Notes: a model not told the origin generated them from the letters alone. Positions 34,900 through 44,994 are shown, numbered from the stretch's first letter. The stretch is DNA of 64,000 nt from a virus (IMGVR_UViG_3300005937_000006:8967-72966), one strand, 5' to 3'. Numbers and translations are program-made.

Positions 34900-35096
34900 G
34901 GTGTCTCCTCTTCGATACTAGCCACAGGCATGTTGTGACTAGAAGCAAACGCGATGGCTTCATCGCGTGTATCGAACGTGACCAATGGCTGACCGATGAC
35001 GCAAATCGCCCACATCACACGAGCGGGCTTGTCTTCCCATGCGCGCGTGACAATCCAGCGCTCAATTGTCGCTTCGACTGGCTGCGCATCGCTCAT
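34896..35096 (-). CDS. Hypothetical protein
   Basis: ATG 35096 overlaps the upstream TGA. Confidence 0.5.
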   Translation of the reverse strand: MSDAQPVEATIERWIVTRAWEDKPARVMWAICVIGQPLVTFDTRDEAIAFASSHNMPVASIEEETP

Positions 35097-35431
35097 GCCA
35101 ACGGCCTCCGAAAGCAGGTCTGCCGAACGCCAGTCAGCGCGTACGCTTCCAAGCGGCTCCAAACCGCCACGTCCAGCCAGGGCATAGGGTTGCCATCGCC
35201 CAGCATGCCGCGATCAGCAACACGATAGGTACCGAGTCCTTGAATCTCCGCAATGGAACCCATGCGTACATCCCAGCTTGCTGCGACAATCTTCTCCTCC
35301 GTCCAGATTGGCGTCCCGTCGTACGTACTTCCGCTAAACTCTGTGCGAACATACCCCGTGATCTTCGACGGACCGCACCACGGCGCGTAGATCTCGATCA
35401 TCAGGAGGGCTGCGACAATGGCGTCAGTCAT
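35093..35431 (-). CDS. 3D-domain / RlpA-like double-psi barrel protein
   Basis: ITGY...TYDGT...IVAASWD..MGS..EIQGLGTYRVADRG.L......LDVAVWSR.EA. Confidence 0.7.
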   Translation of the reverse strand: MTDAIVAALLMIEIYAPWCGPSKITGYVRTEFSGSTYDGTPIWTEEKIVAASWDVRMGSIAEIQGLGTYRVADRGMLGDGNPMPWLDVAVWSRLEAYALTGVRQTCFRRPLA

Positions 35432-35790
35432 ACGGATCCCTGTCGATTCTTCATGACCTCAATGGCAGCGGCAAGCCGCAAGTACAGTTCGCCAGCAAAC
35501 TCGGGAGTGAGATGCTGGAGATCCAGGCCCGAGATCATGTCTGCTGCTGCGCACGTGATGTCGCTCAGTGCTATCGTGATCTCTGAAAGCTCCTTTGCTT
35601 TCTGGCGAAAGTCACGGAAGCCAGCCAGGATCACCGCGATGTCGCACGGCCAGATCTCATCACACACCGAGCAGGCATGTTCGTTGGTTGTGGCAATGGG
35701 CACTGAGCGCGGCCAATGCTCCTGGATCAGGTTTGAGTACGCCAGAGCTTGTTCCGTCTCGCTAGGATGCAGGTCATCCAGCGGGGTCAT
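35428..35790 (-). CDS. Hypothetical protein (H...CSVC...WPC)
   Basis: 120-aa ORF, ATGA-coupled to the helicase. Confidence 0.6.
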   Translation of the reverse strand: MTPLDDLHPSETEQALAYSNLIQEHWPRSVPIATTNEHACSVCDEIWPCDIAVILAGFRDFRQKAKELSEITIALSDITCAAADMISGLDLQHLTPEFAGELYLRLAAAIEVMKNRQGSV

Positions 35791-37397
35791 CGCAACTCCT
35801 GTACGCAGAGTGGGCTCACTGCACCGGTCAGGATAAGCGCTTCCTTAGCTCGCGTCATCCCAACATACATCTGACGGATCGTACTGTCTCTTCCCCCTCC
35901 GATGTACTCGCTGTATCCCGGCCTGGACAGGTCGGGCATCAGGTAGACCGCATCTGCTTCCCCGCCCTTGACGCTGTGAATTGTTCCGATGATGATCTGT
36001 GGCGCCTTGAGCACCATCTCGATCCCGTGCTTGCGCAGGATGGTCAGCGGGTAGGTGTACACTCCTCTCTTGCTCTCCAAGAGCAGATCGCTGAAGTGGT
36101 CAACGGGGTCGTCCACACTGGCAAACCCGTTGATGAACTCGGGAGTGAACACGCGCGAGTAATACTCCTGTGGCATCGGGTGATACTGCTGCCCGATACC
36201 GTCGAGCATCTTCTCGCCCGAGCCCCGGACGAAGACCTTGGGCTTGCTCATGTGGAACGACCATGTCTTCACATCGTGGGGCGTCCACTCCGATGGCAGC
36301 TTCATCCAGGCCGCGAGTCGATGCCCCGCGCTGACACCCCTGGCGGGATGCAGCGGATTCCAGCGCCCGTTCTTGCGGCGGTATGGGTTGTGAAATGTCA
36401 GACCACGTGCACGCATCTCCTGTACAAGCTCATCGAGCATGTACGCGCAGCTCCCCAGGTACATCACCGTCTGACCCGCTTCCAGATACCGCTCGGCATC
36501 ATCCAGCAGTAAATCGGGATGCTCGAAGTCCGCCCTTTTGTTGCCATACTCCGATGCATCGGTCAGCCGCCGAAACGAGCCCTCGTAGTCGCGAGGCTTG
36601 TACATCTTTGGCTCGCGCCGCGAGAGCCGCAATACCCAGTCTTCTGCAAAGGTGTGGACGGCCAGCGGGATGCGATACGACTGCGCCAGCACCCGCTTCT
36701 GCGAGGCCGGCAGGGGTGGGTCCAGGAAGGCGTCAGGGGTGGCGCCCTTGAAGGCGTAGATCGACTGATCGTCGTCGCCCGCCATCACGAGGTACTCCAT
36801 ATGGGAGCCCCACTTGCGGACGAGCGCTAGCTCCAATGGGGTGAGATCCTGAGCCTCGTCAATGAAGCCGATCAGCGGCTCACCCGGCGCCTCTTCGATG
36901 TCGTTCAGCGCCATCTCGATCATGTCGGTGAAGTCGATGTACTCGTTCTCTGCTTTCCAAGACTCCCACTTCTCTGCGAAGTACCGTACGTCAGCCTCCC
37001 AGAGATCACGCGGGCGCAGCAACGCACGATAGGTCTGGTAGCGTGCGGCGATTTCATCAGCATCGCTGGAGTAGTTCGCTTCGGCGGCATCATCCACATC
37101 GACACCGCTGACAGTTAGCACATGCCTCGCATCGGTGGCCCCGGCGTTCCACTCTTTGATGTGCTTCTCGGCTACTTCAGGTCGGCCAAGTGAGCGGTAG
37201 GCATGCGCGTGCAGTGTGGCGCACATCTGAGGCGGGATCGGAAGCCCTCGGCTCCCGATCTCCGCTGCTGCTGCGCGCGTAAAGCTCGATACCAATACGC
37301 GATCGGCACCGTACTTCTGCGCGGCGCGACTTACCTGCGCCGCGAGGTACGTGGTCTTGCCGGTCCCAGGTGGACCGAAGACCCGTAGCTCTGTCAT
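35787..37397 (-). CDS. UvrD-like superfamily 1 helicase
   Basis: FGPPGTGKTT, TLHA, IDEAQDL, AGDDDQSIY.F.GA, QSYR, GTIHSVKGGEAD, YVGMTRAKE. Confidence 0.92.
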   Translation of the reverse strand: MTELRVFGPPGTGKTTYLAAQVSRAAQKYGADRVLVSSFTRAAAAEIGSRGLPIPPQMCATLHAHAYRSLGRPEVAEKHIKEWNAGATDARHVLTVSGVDVDDAAEANYSSDADEIAARYQTYRALLRPRDLWEADVRYFAEKWESWKAENEYIDFTDMIEMALNDIEEAPGEPLIGFIDEAQDLTPLELALVRKWGSHMEYLVMAGDDDQSIYAFKGATPDAFLDPPLPASQKRVLAQSYRIPLAVHTFAEDWVLRLSRREPKMYKPRDYEGSFRRLTDASEYGNKRADFEHPDLLLDDAERYLEAGQTVMYLGSCAYMLDELVQEMRARGLTFHNPYRRKNGRWNPLHPARGVSAGHRLAAWMKLPSEWTPHDVKTWSFHMSKPKVFVRGSGEKMLDGIGQQYHPMPQEYYSRVFTPEFINGFASVDDPVDHFSDLLLESKRGVYTYPLTILRKHGIEMVLKAPQIIIGTIHSVKGGEADAVYLMPDLSRPGYSEYIGGGRDSTIRQMYVGMTRAKEALILTGAVSPLCVQELR

Positions 37398-37591
37398 CGG
37401 CGTCCTGCTTTCTTGTTGCGACGTTCTTGCTTTCGCCGCTTCCTCACGCGAGCGAGATGACGAGCCACATCGGCGGGCTTCTCAGCGCGCATCTTCACGA
37501 TGAACTCACTGTAAACCCTCTGGTATGGCATGTACTTCACCGCGCCTGGTGGCTTTGGTTGGGTATCAGGCTGGGGCGTCTCTTCGCGCAT
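37394..37591 (-). CDS. Small basic hypothetical protein
   Basis: ATG 37591; basic C-terminus RVRKRRKQERRNKK. Confidence 0.55.
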   Translation of the reverse strand: MREETPQPDTQPKPPGAVKYMPYQRVYSEFIVKMRAEKPADVARHLARVRKRRKQERRNKKAGRR

Positions 37592-37791
37592 CACAACTCC
37601 TTGCAAGTGCAGTGCGCCGATCCCGTCACTGTCTCGCACCAAGGATGATGTTCACGTTCGCGAACCTCATGCTGTTCAGCGGCCCGCTTCGTGATGGATG
37701 GGGATGTGTTCGCATATGACCAGCCGCATATGCATGAGGCGCAGAAGAATGTGTCTTTCCAACGGACCGTCGTGAAGTGGTCCATCAGCAT
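37591..37791 (-). CDS. Small Zn-binding hypothetical protein
   Basis: CASCICGW...H...H..C. Confidence 0.5.
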   Translation of the reverse strand: MLMDHFTTVRWKDTFFCASCICGWSYANTSPSITKRAAEQHEVREREHHPWCETVTGSAHCTCKEL

Positions 37792-38003
37792 TCACATGGA
37801 TGGTTGTCAAACTCCAGTACGTCGAGCAGTCCCTGGAAATCCCGCTCGATCATCTTCTTGCTCAGTGTATCCGGCGGCAACGTCTCTAAGTACGGAGACA
37901 GGATCTCCGTCCATAGGCGCTGCAACATCGTCAGCGCATGCCGCTTGAGTCGCAGCCTGTCACGGCAATCCCCTCTGTGACACACGGCTCCCTCTAATTC
38001 CAA
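37785..38003 (-). CDS. Hypothetical protein
   Basis: 72-aa ORF in a coupled chain; start uncertain. Confidence 0.45.
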   Translation of the reverse strand: MELEGAVCHRGDCRDRLRLKRHALTMLQRLWTEILSPYLETLPPDTLSKKMIERDFQGLLDVLEFDNHPCEC

Positions 38004-38416
38004 TGCTCTTGTGCCCCCAAAGCGCGCTCCACTTTTACTTCCGGCTCGCGAGTGCGTTCACGATACTCGATGATCGCTGCGCACTCATCGCCCTGTGTAC
38101 ATATGCATACCTCCTCAGTGGTCATGTCGATGACCGTGGTATCGGCCTTCGTGTTGTGGTCGATCATTGCCCAGTTGGCAACACCATAGTGGAAGAGAAT
38201 GCCATGCAGATGGCAGTAGATCGTGTCAGTCTTGCTGGCGTTCGAGTACGTTGTCAGGAAGCGCCAGCGAGGCTCAAAAGGGCACGTGTAGGCCGGGAGC
38301 CTGTACTCCGCGAAGGTGAAGGCAGGGTACGACCAGTTGCAGCGTGGTCGCTCCTGCCACTCTTCGTCGGAATACTCGGGTGCATCGAGCAGGAAGAGCG
38401 CGTCGTCATCTTCCAT
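37994..38416 (-). CDS. Hypothetical Cys-containing protein
   Basis: 140-aa ORF. Confidence 0.55.
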   Translation of the reverse strand: MEDDDALFLLDAPEYSDEEWQERPRCNWSYPAFTFAEYRLPAYTCPFEPRWRFLTTYSNASKTDTIYCHLHGILFHYGVANWAMIDHNTKADTTVIDMTTEEVCICTQGDECAAIIEYRERTREPEVKVERALGAQEHWN

Positions 38417-38418
38417 CG

Positions 38419-38850
38419 CTATGCTTTCTGAAACACCGCCTCGTCACGACGATGCCGAATCTCGGACTGCCAGGCGTCATCGAGCCAGCCGAACCAATTC
38501 ATCTCGTCGATGTCATAGTCGTCTATGTCGTCCGGGTCGGGCACGTTGAATCCCAAGAAGCGATCCGGGAACTCACCCTGATAGCGCATCTCCTCGAAGA
38601 GATCGCTGTGCTCAGCAGCGAGTACATCGACGGCATCTCGCCAGCGAGGATCACCCTCGAACTTCGCAAGGATCGCCCCATAGTAGTCACCCTCAGGGCT
38701 CGGGTATAGCTGCCCGATGATGCAGGACTCTCCGTCTGACATATCCAGACGTTCAGTCTCGATGTGGTCAACCCAGTTCGGATCGTAACGGTCAAGCAGC
38801 CGTGCGCCAATACTGGCGCACGCTGCTGCGATTTCTCGCGTGTATTCCAC
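38419..38850 (-). CDS. Conserved phage hypothetical protein
   Basis: GARLLD...P.W...I....LDMS....CIIGQLY motif. Confidence 0.65.
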   Translation of the reverse strand: MEYTREIAAACASIGARLLDRYDPNWVDHIETERLDMSDGESCIIGQLYPSPEGDYYGAILAKFEGDPRWRDAVDVLAAEHSDLFEEMRYQGEFPDRFLGFNVPDPDDIDDYDIDEMNWFGWLDDAWQSEIRHRRDEAVFQKA

Positions 38851-39191
38851 TAGCCCCTCCAGACGTAGCCCGCGAGCATGCCGCGCGAGCCATTCGGGTT
38901 GAGCGTGTACACGCTCATCAACCGGCTGGGATGCTGCTTACGCTCGCCAAGCTTCGCACGAATCATGCAGATCGAGATCCTGAGGCCGTTCCGCGTGCGC
39001 GTGCCCCAGCGTGTGGGAGGCAGGATCTTGGACAGTCGGCGCAGGAGTTCGTCTTCCTCAATCGGACGCGGGAACTCTCCCACGACGATGTTCAGAATCA
39101 TCGCCTCTTGCGGCGTGAATCGCGGATACACCGGCTGTGTGAGCGGGTGGGCCTGCGTGATCGCCGTCTCAGTCATGGTGGCTTGCATCAT
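38850..39191 (-). CDS. OmpR/PhoB-type winged-helix DNA-binding protein without receiver domain
   Basis: FTPQEAMIL...ELL......NGLRISICMIRAKLGE...HPSRLMSV......GY.W. Confidence 0.7.
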   Translation of the reverse strand: MMQATMTETAITQAHPLTQPVYPRFTPQEAMILNIVVGEFPRPIEEDELLRRLSKILPPTRWGTRTRNGLRISICMIRAKLGERKQHPSRLMSVYTLNPNGSRGMLAGYVWRG

Positions 39192-39553
39192 GCTCCTTCG
39201 TTTGCTACATCGATATGCTCGATGTACAGTTGCGGTACGGACTGGAGGCTCTGGTAGACATCCGTCCATTCATGGTCGGGCGGCTCATTGCGCGCTCGTG
39301 TGGCATACACGCAGTCACGGTTGAGATCACCTTGCTTGTCTACCCAGACGACATGGAGATGCATGCTGTTACACGATCCCCAGTAGTAGTTGACGCGCCC
39401 AAGGACATCGCCATTCAGTTTCAGGTTCCGTCGATTGACCAGTGTGCGCTTGGGCAACTGACGGAACACCGATGCGCTCATCGGATGCCCATCAATCTCT
39501 AGCACTGTGATCGTCACAGGCTTCGGCATCAGGGCGACGCTCGCTGCTTTCAT
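39188..39553 (-). CDS. Hypothetical protein
   Basis: SVFRQLP...VLGRVNY.W...H..WV..G.L; start uncertain. Confidence 0.55.
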   Translation of the reverse strand: MKAASVALMPKPVTITVLEIDGHPMSASVFRQLPKRTLVNRRNLKLNGDVLGRVNYYWGSCNSMHLHVVWVDKQGDLNRDCVYATRARNEPPDHEWTDVYQSLQSVPQLYIEHIDVANEGA

Positions 39554-39818
39554 CTATCTCCTCTTCGATGTAGCCGTCTCGGACTTCCTGCTGGTACTTC
39601 TCCCAGGTCATCGTGAGGTACATACCTGACTGATACCTCCCGATCTGGTAGGACACGTAGTATCCGTCTTCGCGGTCGTCCAACTCGACCTTGCGCAGCG
39701 GTGCTCGCCCGGACGACAGCCCCAGCTTCGCTGAGAATCGCACGGCGAGCGGCGTGGTTTCCTGCACAATGTTCTCGTAGTCGTATGCGACCGGAGCGTT
39801 CGTCACCCACGTGCTCAT
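39492..39818 (-). CDS. Hypothetical protein
   Basis: 108-aa ORF, ATGA-coupled. Confidence 0.5.
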   Translation of the reverse strand: MSTWVTNAPVAYDYENIVQETTPLAVRFSAKLGLSSGRAPLRKVELDDREDGYYVSYQIGRYQSGMYLTMTWEKYQQEVRDGYIEEEIDESSERRPDAEACDDHSARD

Positions 39819-40075
39819 GACTCAGCCGATCCGTCCCGACCAGCGGGCACAGGCTGGCCGATATGCGCACGAATCACCGCTGTGTCGAAGCCATGTGAGA
39901 TCGTGCTCAGGTACGCAATCGCGCACTCCACGCGGTGGAGGTACGCCGTCTCGTTGTCATTCGGCGCCCGGATGATGATCCAGCGCTTGCTGATCACGTT
40001 CTCATCCTGTGTCTCAACCTCGCAGTTTGGTCCGTCGCACATGTAGATCGTGCGACTCACGCGGCGTTTACTCAT
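39815..40075 (-). CDS. Small Zn-binding hypothetical protein
   Basis: ATG 40075; CDGPNC...LH..EC. Confidence 0.55.
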   Translation of the reverse strand: MSKRRVSRTIYMCDGPNCEVETQDENVISKRWIIIRAPNDNETAYLHRVECAIAYLSTISHGFDTAVIRAHIGQPVPAGRDGSAES

Positions 40076-40076
40076 G

Positions 40077-41312
40077 TCAGCGCTCCACAGTGAATACCCG
40101 CTTCGATGGCGGCTTGAACGGCTTTGACATATCACCCTTGACGTACGCAGAGATCCAGCGCCATTGCTTGATCCACTGACCCTCTTCGTTCTTCATCGGC
40201 TGATGGCGCCAGAACCCGCCGTTTGCGGACCCGACGAGCCAATGACACGACCACTCGCGATGCACCTCCTCTTCATCGCTGGCGTGCTTGACGCGCTCGG
40301 GCTTGCGCAGCGTGACAACATTGACGGTGTCCCACTGGGGCTTCTTGGCGTTGCCACGCGCCAGCCTCCGCAGGACGGCTCGATCGGTGTGTGACGGAAC
40401 GCTGACGAACACCTTGGTGGACAGAAAGTTGAGGGCCGCGCCAAAGAGCTTGAGATAGCCTTCGGTGCAGTACGGGCAGGCATTCGAGGGATCGCTGTAG
40501 GCCAGGGCATTCTTCTCCATCGTCTGCGCGATGGTCTGCCCCGAACGCCAGGGTGTGATCAGCCAGGGGATGCCGCCCGGCCTGATCACGCTCGTCTCGC
40601 GATGCGCGGTCAGCATCATCTGCCGATACGCTTCCTGCTCGACATCCTCGTTCGTTGCGCTACGTAGCAGCGTCTCTGCTCCGTCGATGACTTCCGGCGT
40701 CGATCCAAACTGTTCAGCTAGACGCTGTACGGCTTCGCGGTTCTTCGTCTCTTCCTCTTCTTGCGTTTTGCGGATGAGGCGATCCAGACGGTTGTACGTC
40801 TGCTTGGACAGGCGACTTGTCATCCAGGTTGGCGGGAACACTTCCATGATCGACTGCTCGCCGGGCTGCACCCAGGCACACAGATCGATGAACGTCGTAT
40901 TCCGCGACTTTCGCCATGACAATGACGTGACGCGATCCTCGGTGCCCATGCAAGCATCGTCGGGCGGATGCGAGTGCTTGAGCGAGATCGGCTGCTCCAG
41001 GTGGATGAACCCACGCTGGGTGAACAGCATCGGGTCGGTTAGCCGCCAGGACATCGGCAGCGTACCGTACGACTGCTCCAGGATCGTGCAGAACGCAGCG
41101 GGCCAGTAGACCGGCTCAGCTTCGCTCAGGATCGAGACGAGCAGCGACCTTGCGTCATCGGCCTTGATGACATCAACGCCATCGGTGGCGGCGAGCTTGC
41201 GGTCAGTCAGGTAGTCCGACCGTGCTCGTAGGATGTCGATGCCCTTCTGGCTCAGGAGCCAGCGCAGATTCTCTGCGAGGGTATCGACGGCGACGTTCCA
41301 ACGCGGTGCCAT
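40077..41312 (-). CDS. Conserved phage hypothetical protein
   Basis: 411 aa after AGGAGG; C-terminal V.LR....HW.V...GFWRHQP....WRWISAYVKG motif. Confidence 0.7.
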   Translation of the reverse strand: MAPRWNVAVDTLAENLRWLLSQKGIDILRARSDYLTDRKLAATDGVDVIKADDARSLLVSILSEAEPVYWPAAFCTILEQSYGTLPMSWRLTDPMLFTQRGFIHLEQPISLKHSHPPDDACMGTEDRVTSLSWRKSRNTTFIDLCAWVQPGEQSIMEVFPPTWMTSRLSKQTYNRLDRLIRKTQEEEETKNREAVQRLAEQFGSTPEVIDGAETLLRSATNEDVEQEAYRQMMLTAHRETSVIRPGGIPWLITPWRSGQTIAQTMEKNALAYSDPSNACPYCTEGYLKLFGAALNFLSTKVFVSVPSHTDRAVLRRLARGNAKKPQWDTVNVVTLRKPERVKHASDEEEVHREWSCHWLVGSANGGFWRHQPMKNEEGQWIKQWRWISAYVKGDMSKPFKPPSKRVFTVER

Positions 41313-41360
41313 TGAACCTCCTGCTGCCGTCTGTGCGGCACGAGACGCCCTAGAGTGTAC

Positions 41361-43088
41361 TTACTCTCCTAACGCTTCTGCCGCAATCCGTTCCGGGATG
41401 TGCCAACAATGCTTCGTCGTCCAGCTACCACTCGGTCGCTGGAACCCGATCGTGCGCTGCGACGCCTCGACATTCCGCAGCATCAGCCCAAGCTCGCGCG
41501 GCGCAATCAAGTGGCGGTAGTTCGTGTGAATCCATGCGCGAAAGGCTGGCCCGAAGATGTAGAGCTGTCCGTCCTTGAAGAAGGACGATTGCGTCCGGTA
41601 GGCATCGGATAGGGACTCGGTGGGGGCTCGGTCGTTCAGGTAGTGCACGAGGTAGCTGATGACCATGCCCGCGTCGGTGGCATCATCAGCGACATCCTGC
41701 TCCTCCATGATATCCCCGAAGATGTTCAGGATGTCGTCCCACTGATCCCGCTTGAACTGGCGCACCATACGCTTCGTGACATCGTACACCCGTTGGCGGA
41801 AGCCAGTCTGCGAGACAAGTGTCTCGACTTTATCGAAGCGAACCTTGCCGTGATTCGTATCCATGACGTAGGACGGTGGCTCGGATCGATACTTGATGAT
41901 GCCTAGGATCTGGATCGGACCAAGCACACCGGAGAGGAGCGACAGGGTTCGATCCAGGCTATCTGATGCCGCGATCTCGTTCATCACCGCGCCATACTCG
42001 GATTCCTTACTCCGCTTCGGCGGCGGCATCAACGGCGGTGCCTGTGGCGCCGCGATCTCCGGGTTGTCTGGATTGGCGGATGGCACCCCATTGTGGCGCG
42101 GCGCGCTCTTCCGTAGTGTGCGGCGCAGGTAGTCTTCCATGTTCTTGTGACTACCCGTCTCGCCGTACCTACGTCGATGGGCAATGAGCAGATCCACAAT
42201 CTCTTGTGTAGACCAGCCCGCATAGGCTGCAATGGCCGCGAGCGACATGTCATAGGACGACAGGGACTGATCCTGCATGTCTTTGCGTTCGTGTCTCCAA
42301 GACTGCTTGAACTTGATGTGGGTATCCTGGAGCAGATCGAACTTCGCCATTGGCGGATCAGCCATCAGGTTGATCTTGAACTCACCAACATCGGTGACCG
42401 CTTCGGGGTCAGTCTCTGGCGACTCCATGAGATAGGGCTCGAAGTCGCTCGGACTATAGCGGGCGATCTCTGCGCCCATGTAGTGTTGTATTCGGATCGT
42501 GACTGGTAGGCGTCTACCGCCACGCTCAACATCTTTGTAGTTGAACGTGCCTGGGATGCGCATGACCCTCGAAAGATCATGCACTGCATCGATGTCCAGG
42601 TGCGCCTCGTGTGCCCGAAATCGAAAGGTATTTGACCACCGTCGTGAGAGGTCGATGGCAGAGCGCCGTTCATCAGCGTCTGCGAACATCCAGGGCTCGT
42701 TGAACAGCCACCATGCTTGCAAGCCGTGGCCCGAATCAACGAGGTACGAAGGTTTCAGCGGTGTGACCTGATTGATGAAGTGCTCGGCTTCTTCCTTGGA
42801 TGGGAAGAGGTTGACTTTCTGGTGCGCTTCATCAACCACGTCAACGTCGAGCCAGAGCGCGGCGATGCCGACCACATCATCGGTGCCCCCACGCTGGGAC
42901 GGTGGCAGGGCTCGTGCACGTAGACCAGTGCCGACGTAGACATCCCCACGCTCAGCAAGGCGTGTGGCTGCTGTGATGGCAACCTCTACATCGGCGTAGA
43001 ACTCAGAGCGTCCGTTCTGGAGTGACCAGAGGAGAATCCAACTGTCTTCGGGCTTGAATCGCCACAAATCCCGAAGCATCTCCGTCAT
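41361..43088 (-). CDS. DNA primase, AEP/RepB-like
   Basis: DVYVG...ALWLDVD, VDSGHGLQAWW and DLSRVMRIPGTFN.K; helical D.S.S.YD domain; no P-loop seen. Confidence 0.85.
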   Translation of the reverse strand: MTEMLRDLWRFKPEDSWILLWSLQNGRSEFYADVEVAITAATRLAERGDVYVGTGLRARALPPSQRGGTDDVVGIAALWLDVDVVDEAHQKVNLFPSKEEAEHFINQVTPLKPSYLVDSGHGLQAWWLFNEPWMFADADERRSAIDLSRRWSNTFRFRAHEAHLDIDAVHDLSRVMRIPGTFNYKDVERGGRRLPVTIRIQHYMGAEIARYSPSDFEPYLMESPETDPEAVTDVGEFKINLMADPPMAKFDLLQDTHIKFKQSWRHERKDMQDQSLSSYDMSLAAIAAYAGWSTQEIVDLLIAHRRRYGETGSHKNMEDYLRRTLRKSAPRHNGVPSANPDNPEIAAPQAPPLMPPPKRSKESEYGAVMNEIAASDSLDRTLSLLSGVLGPIQILGIIKYRSEPPSYVMDTNHGKVRFDKVETLVSQTGFRQRVYDVTKRMVRQFKRDQWDDILNIFGDIMEEQDVADDATDAGMVISYLVHYLNDRAPTESLSDAYRTQSSFFKDGQLYIFGPAFRAWIHTNYRHLIAPRELGLMLRNVEASQRTIGFQRPSGSWTTKHCWHIPERIAAEALGE

Positions 43089-43104
43089 CGTATCCCCCTT
43101 GAAA

Positions 43105-43142
43105 GCGAAGACCGCAGGGCAATAGCACCCTGCGGTCTTCGC
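43105..43142 (-). terminator. 15-bp-stem hairpin, probable terminator/attenuator
   Basis: GCGAAGACCGCAGGG / CCCTGCGGTCTTCGC followed by TTT on the - strand. Confidence 0.6.
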
Positions 43143-43147
43143 GTGCG

Positions 43148-43990
43148 CTAGCGGGGGTTGGTGTCTGTGGCTACCTCCGCCTGCGCCTCTTCGGTGAACA
43201 CCGTCTCGACAGCCCTCTGGGAGAACTGCTCGAAGAGCGGCGTCAAGTTCTCTGCATATGCCTTCATAAAGGCAAACTCCTCAGCCGACAACACTCCCAC
43301 TCGACGGACCTTCATCTTGCTGTACTCGATGTTGCCCCGTGGCCCGCCGCGATCTACTTCCAAGCCGACCTCGATGATCGCGCGACGGAAGCTAATACCG
43401 CGTGCGAGAAGCTGACCGGCAAACGTGCTCCACACCGCGAGAGATGATGGCGGCACGCTAACGACCAGCGGGAGCAGGTGCACATCCTCTGCATCTTCCG
43501 ACTTCGGAATCATGAACAGCGGATGCGTCTCCCTGCACAAGGGGCGCTCATCGTTTCGGAACTTCGAGAGGGGGCATGCCTGACACGAGAATGGACCCTG
43601 CTGCTCCGGGTGAAGCTGGAGCGACGGGTGCGCGATCCCCTTGACCTCGTGAATGGGCTTCCCGTAGCCAACGATGCCATCAGGGGAGGAGCAATCTGGA
43701 ATCTGACCCCCGCCGGATTCCTCGTAGCTCTCTTCCCAGAACAGGCGATTGGGGACGTGGTGCACGATCAGCCCGGTGAGGGTGGACATCATCTTGTCGC
43801 CCTCATCGGTCGGCACCTTGAACTGCAAGACGCCCCCGGTCGGCCAGGAGATCCGAGTAAGCTTTGGCAGCATCCCATTGAGGTTGTCGCTGAGCAGTTC
43901 CGCTAGTTCGGCCTTGTCATAGGCGAGAACAGGGAACTGGTCGCGAGCGGGAACCGCCAGCGCCTGAGTTTGCGGTTTGCTCGTTGCCAT
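43148..43990 (-). CDS. Putative ssDNA-binding/recombination protein
   Basis: ATG 43990; RI.WP.GG...F...G.IVH....R.FW...PDCSS.DG...C..CP..KF...C...LVVSVPPSSL family, usually found beside primase genes (from memory). Confidence 0.55.
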   Translation of the reverse strand: MATSKPQTQALAVPARDQFPVLAYDKAELAELLSDNLNGMLPKLTRISWPTGGVLQFKVPTDEGDKMMSTLTGLIVHHVPNRLFWEESYEESGGGQIPDCSSPDGIVGYGKPIHEVKGIAHPSLQLHPEQQGPFSCQACPLSKFRNDERPLCRETHPLFMIPKSEDAEDVHLLPLVVSVPPSSLAVWSTFAGQLLARGISFRRAIIEVGLEVDRGGPRGNIEYSKMKVRRVGVLSAEEFAFMKAYAENLTPLFEQFSQRAVETVFTEEAQAEVATDTNPR

Positions 43991-44225
43991 CTGTGTTCTG
44001 CTCTCTTCGATCTGCAATCTTCAGCATGAACGTCGGTATGTGATACCGACCATCGACAGTGGGGAACAGTTCGCGCGCAACCTCCTCTTCCAAGAGTCGA
44101 TTGTCCGCAGCAGCATACCAGCGGCGCGTACCGCTGGCACGCTCTGCGACAACCGCAACGATCTCCGACAGGTGTGTTCCCCTGACCACCTGATCGTACT
44201 TATAGGTACGCAATTCGCGTGGCAT
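43917..44225 (-). CDS. Hypothetical protein
   Basis: ATG 44225 after GGAGGG; overlaps the next gene start. Confidence 0.45.
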   Translation of the reverse strand: MPRELRTYKYDQVVRGTHLSEIVAVVAERASGTRRWYAAADNRLLEEEVARELFPTVDGRYHIPTFMLKIADRREQNTDGNEQTANSGAGGSRSRPVPCSRL

Positions 44226-44282
44226 GCAGCCCCCTACGGAGGGCGCATACTGGCGCACACGGCGGGGAAGCGTGCCGACAGG

Positions 44283-44789
44283 CTACGCCTTCCTCTTCGA
44301 CAAGGAGAACCGAGTCGAAGCCTCAATGGCACCGGCAAACTCCGGTGGTAGCTCCATGTCTTCCAGCATCCACTCGTTGAGCATCGGTGCGAGCGATTGG
44401 CCTTTGATCGTCAGCATGTCCATGATCGCGTCGGCTTCGTCGTAGCGATCTTCATCCTGCAATCGGACCGCGTAGTTTCGCAACGCATTCGCTGCCACGA
44501 GGGAGCCGCGAACCATCTTGGGGTAGGTCCGCGAGGTGATGCTGAATTTCATCCTAACGCCACTGTCAGTCGTGACGGTGATCGACGGCGTGTCGTCAGT
44601 CAGCATCCGTTGTAGCACCAGCGCCTCGATCTGATCGCCCGCTGCCTTGACGGCAGCGAGGGCCTGTGACAGCCGGCGCTCTTCGTCGGTCAGGATCGCG
44701 AGTTGCTTGAGCAGATCCACGGTGGGAGTGGCTTCGAGTGCCACTTGTGCATCCAACTCAGACGGGGTGGTAATCTCCCTTGATGTCAC
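44283..44789 (-). CDS. Replication-module coiled-coil protein
   Basis: 168 aa after GGAGG; N-terminal coiled coil, first gene behind a promoter. Confidence 0.65.
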   Translation of the reverse strand: MTSREITTPSELDAQVALEATPTVDLLKQLAILTDEERRLSQALAAVKAAGDQIEALVLQRMLTDDTPSITVTTDSGVRMKFSITSRTYPKMVRGSLVAANALRNYAVRLQDEDRYDEADAIMDMLTIKGQSLAPMLNEWMLEDMELPPEFAGAIEASTRFSLSKRKA

Positions 44790-44888
44790 GGGACCAACCT
44801 CCAGGCTCGGTCGCGTAGGTAGGTGCGTCCTTGCGTGAACCCGTCACCCATCTGAAACGCCTTCGGACATGGTTTCCCCCGCCCCGAG

Positions 44889-44918
44889 AGTATAGCAGAT
44901 CGGTCAAGGCAACGTCAA
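44889..44918 (-). promoter_or_regulatory. Sigma70-type promoter with extended -10
   Basis: TTGACG, 18 bp, TGc-TATACT. Confidence 0.7.
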
Positions 44919-44994
44919 GTAGACGCGCAAAATCACCGCTCACTCGTTATCTCAAATCTCAAGAGCGCGAGTGAGCGGCACGACAATGCGAAAA

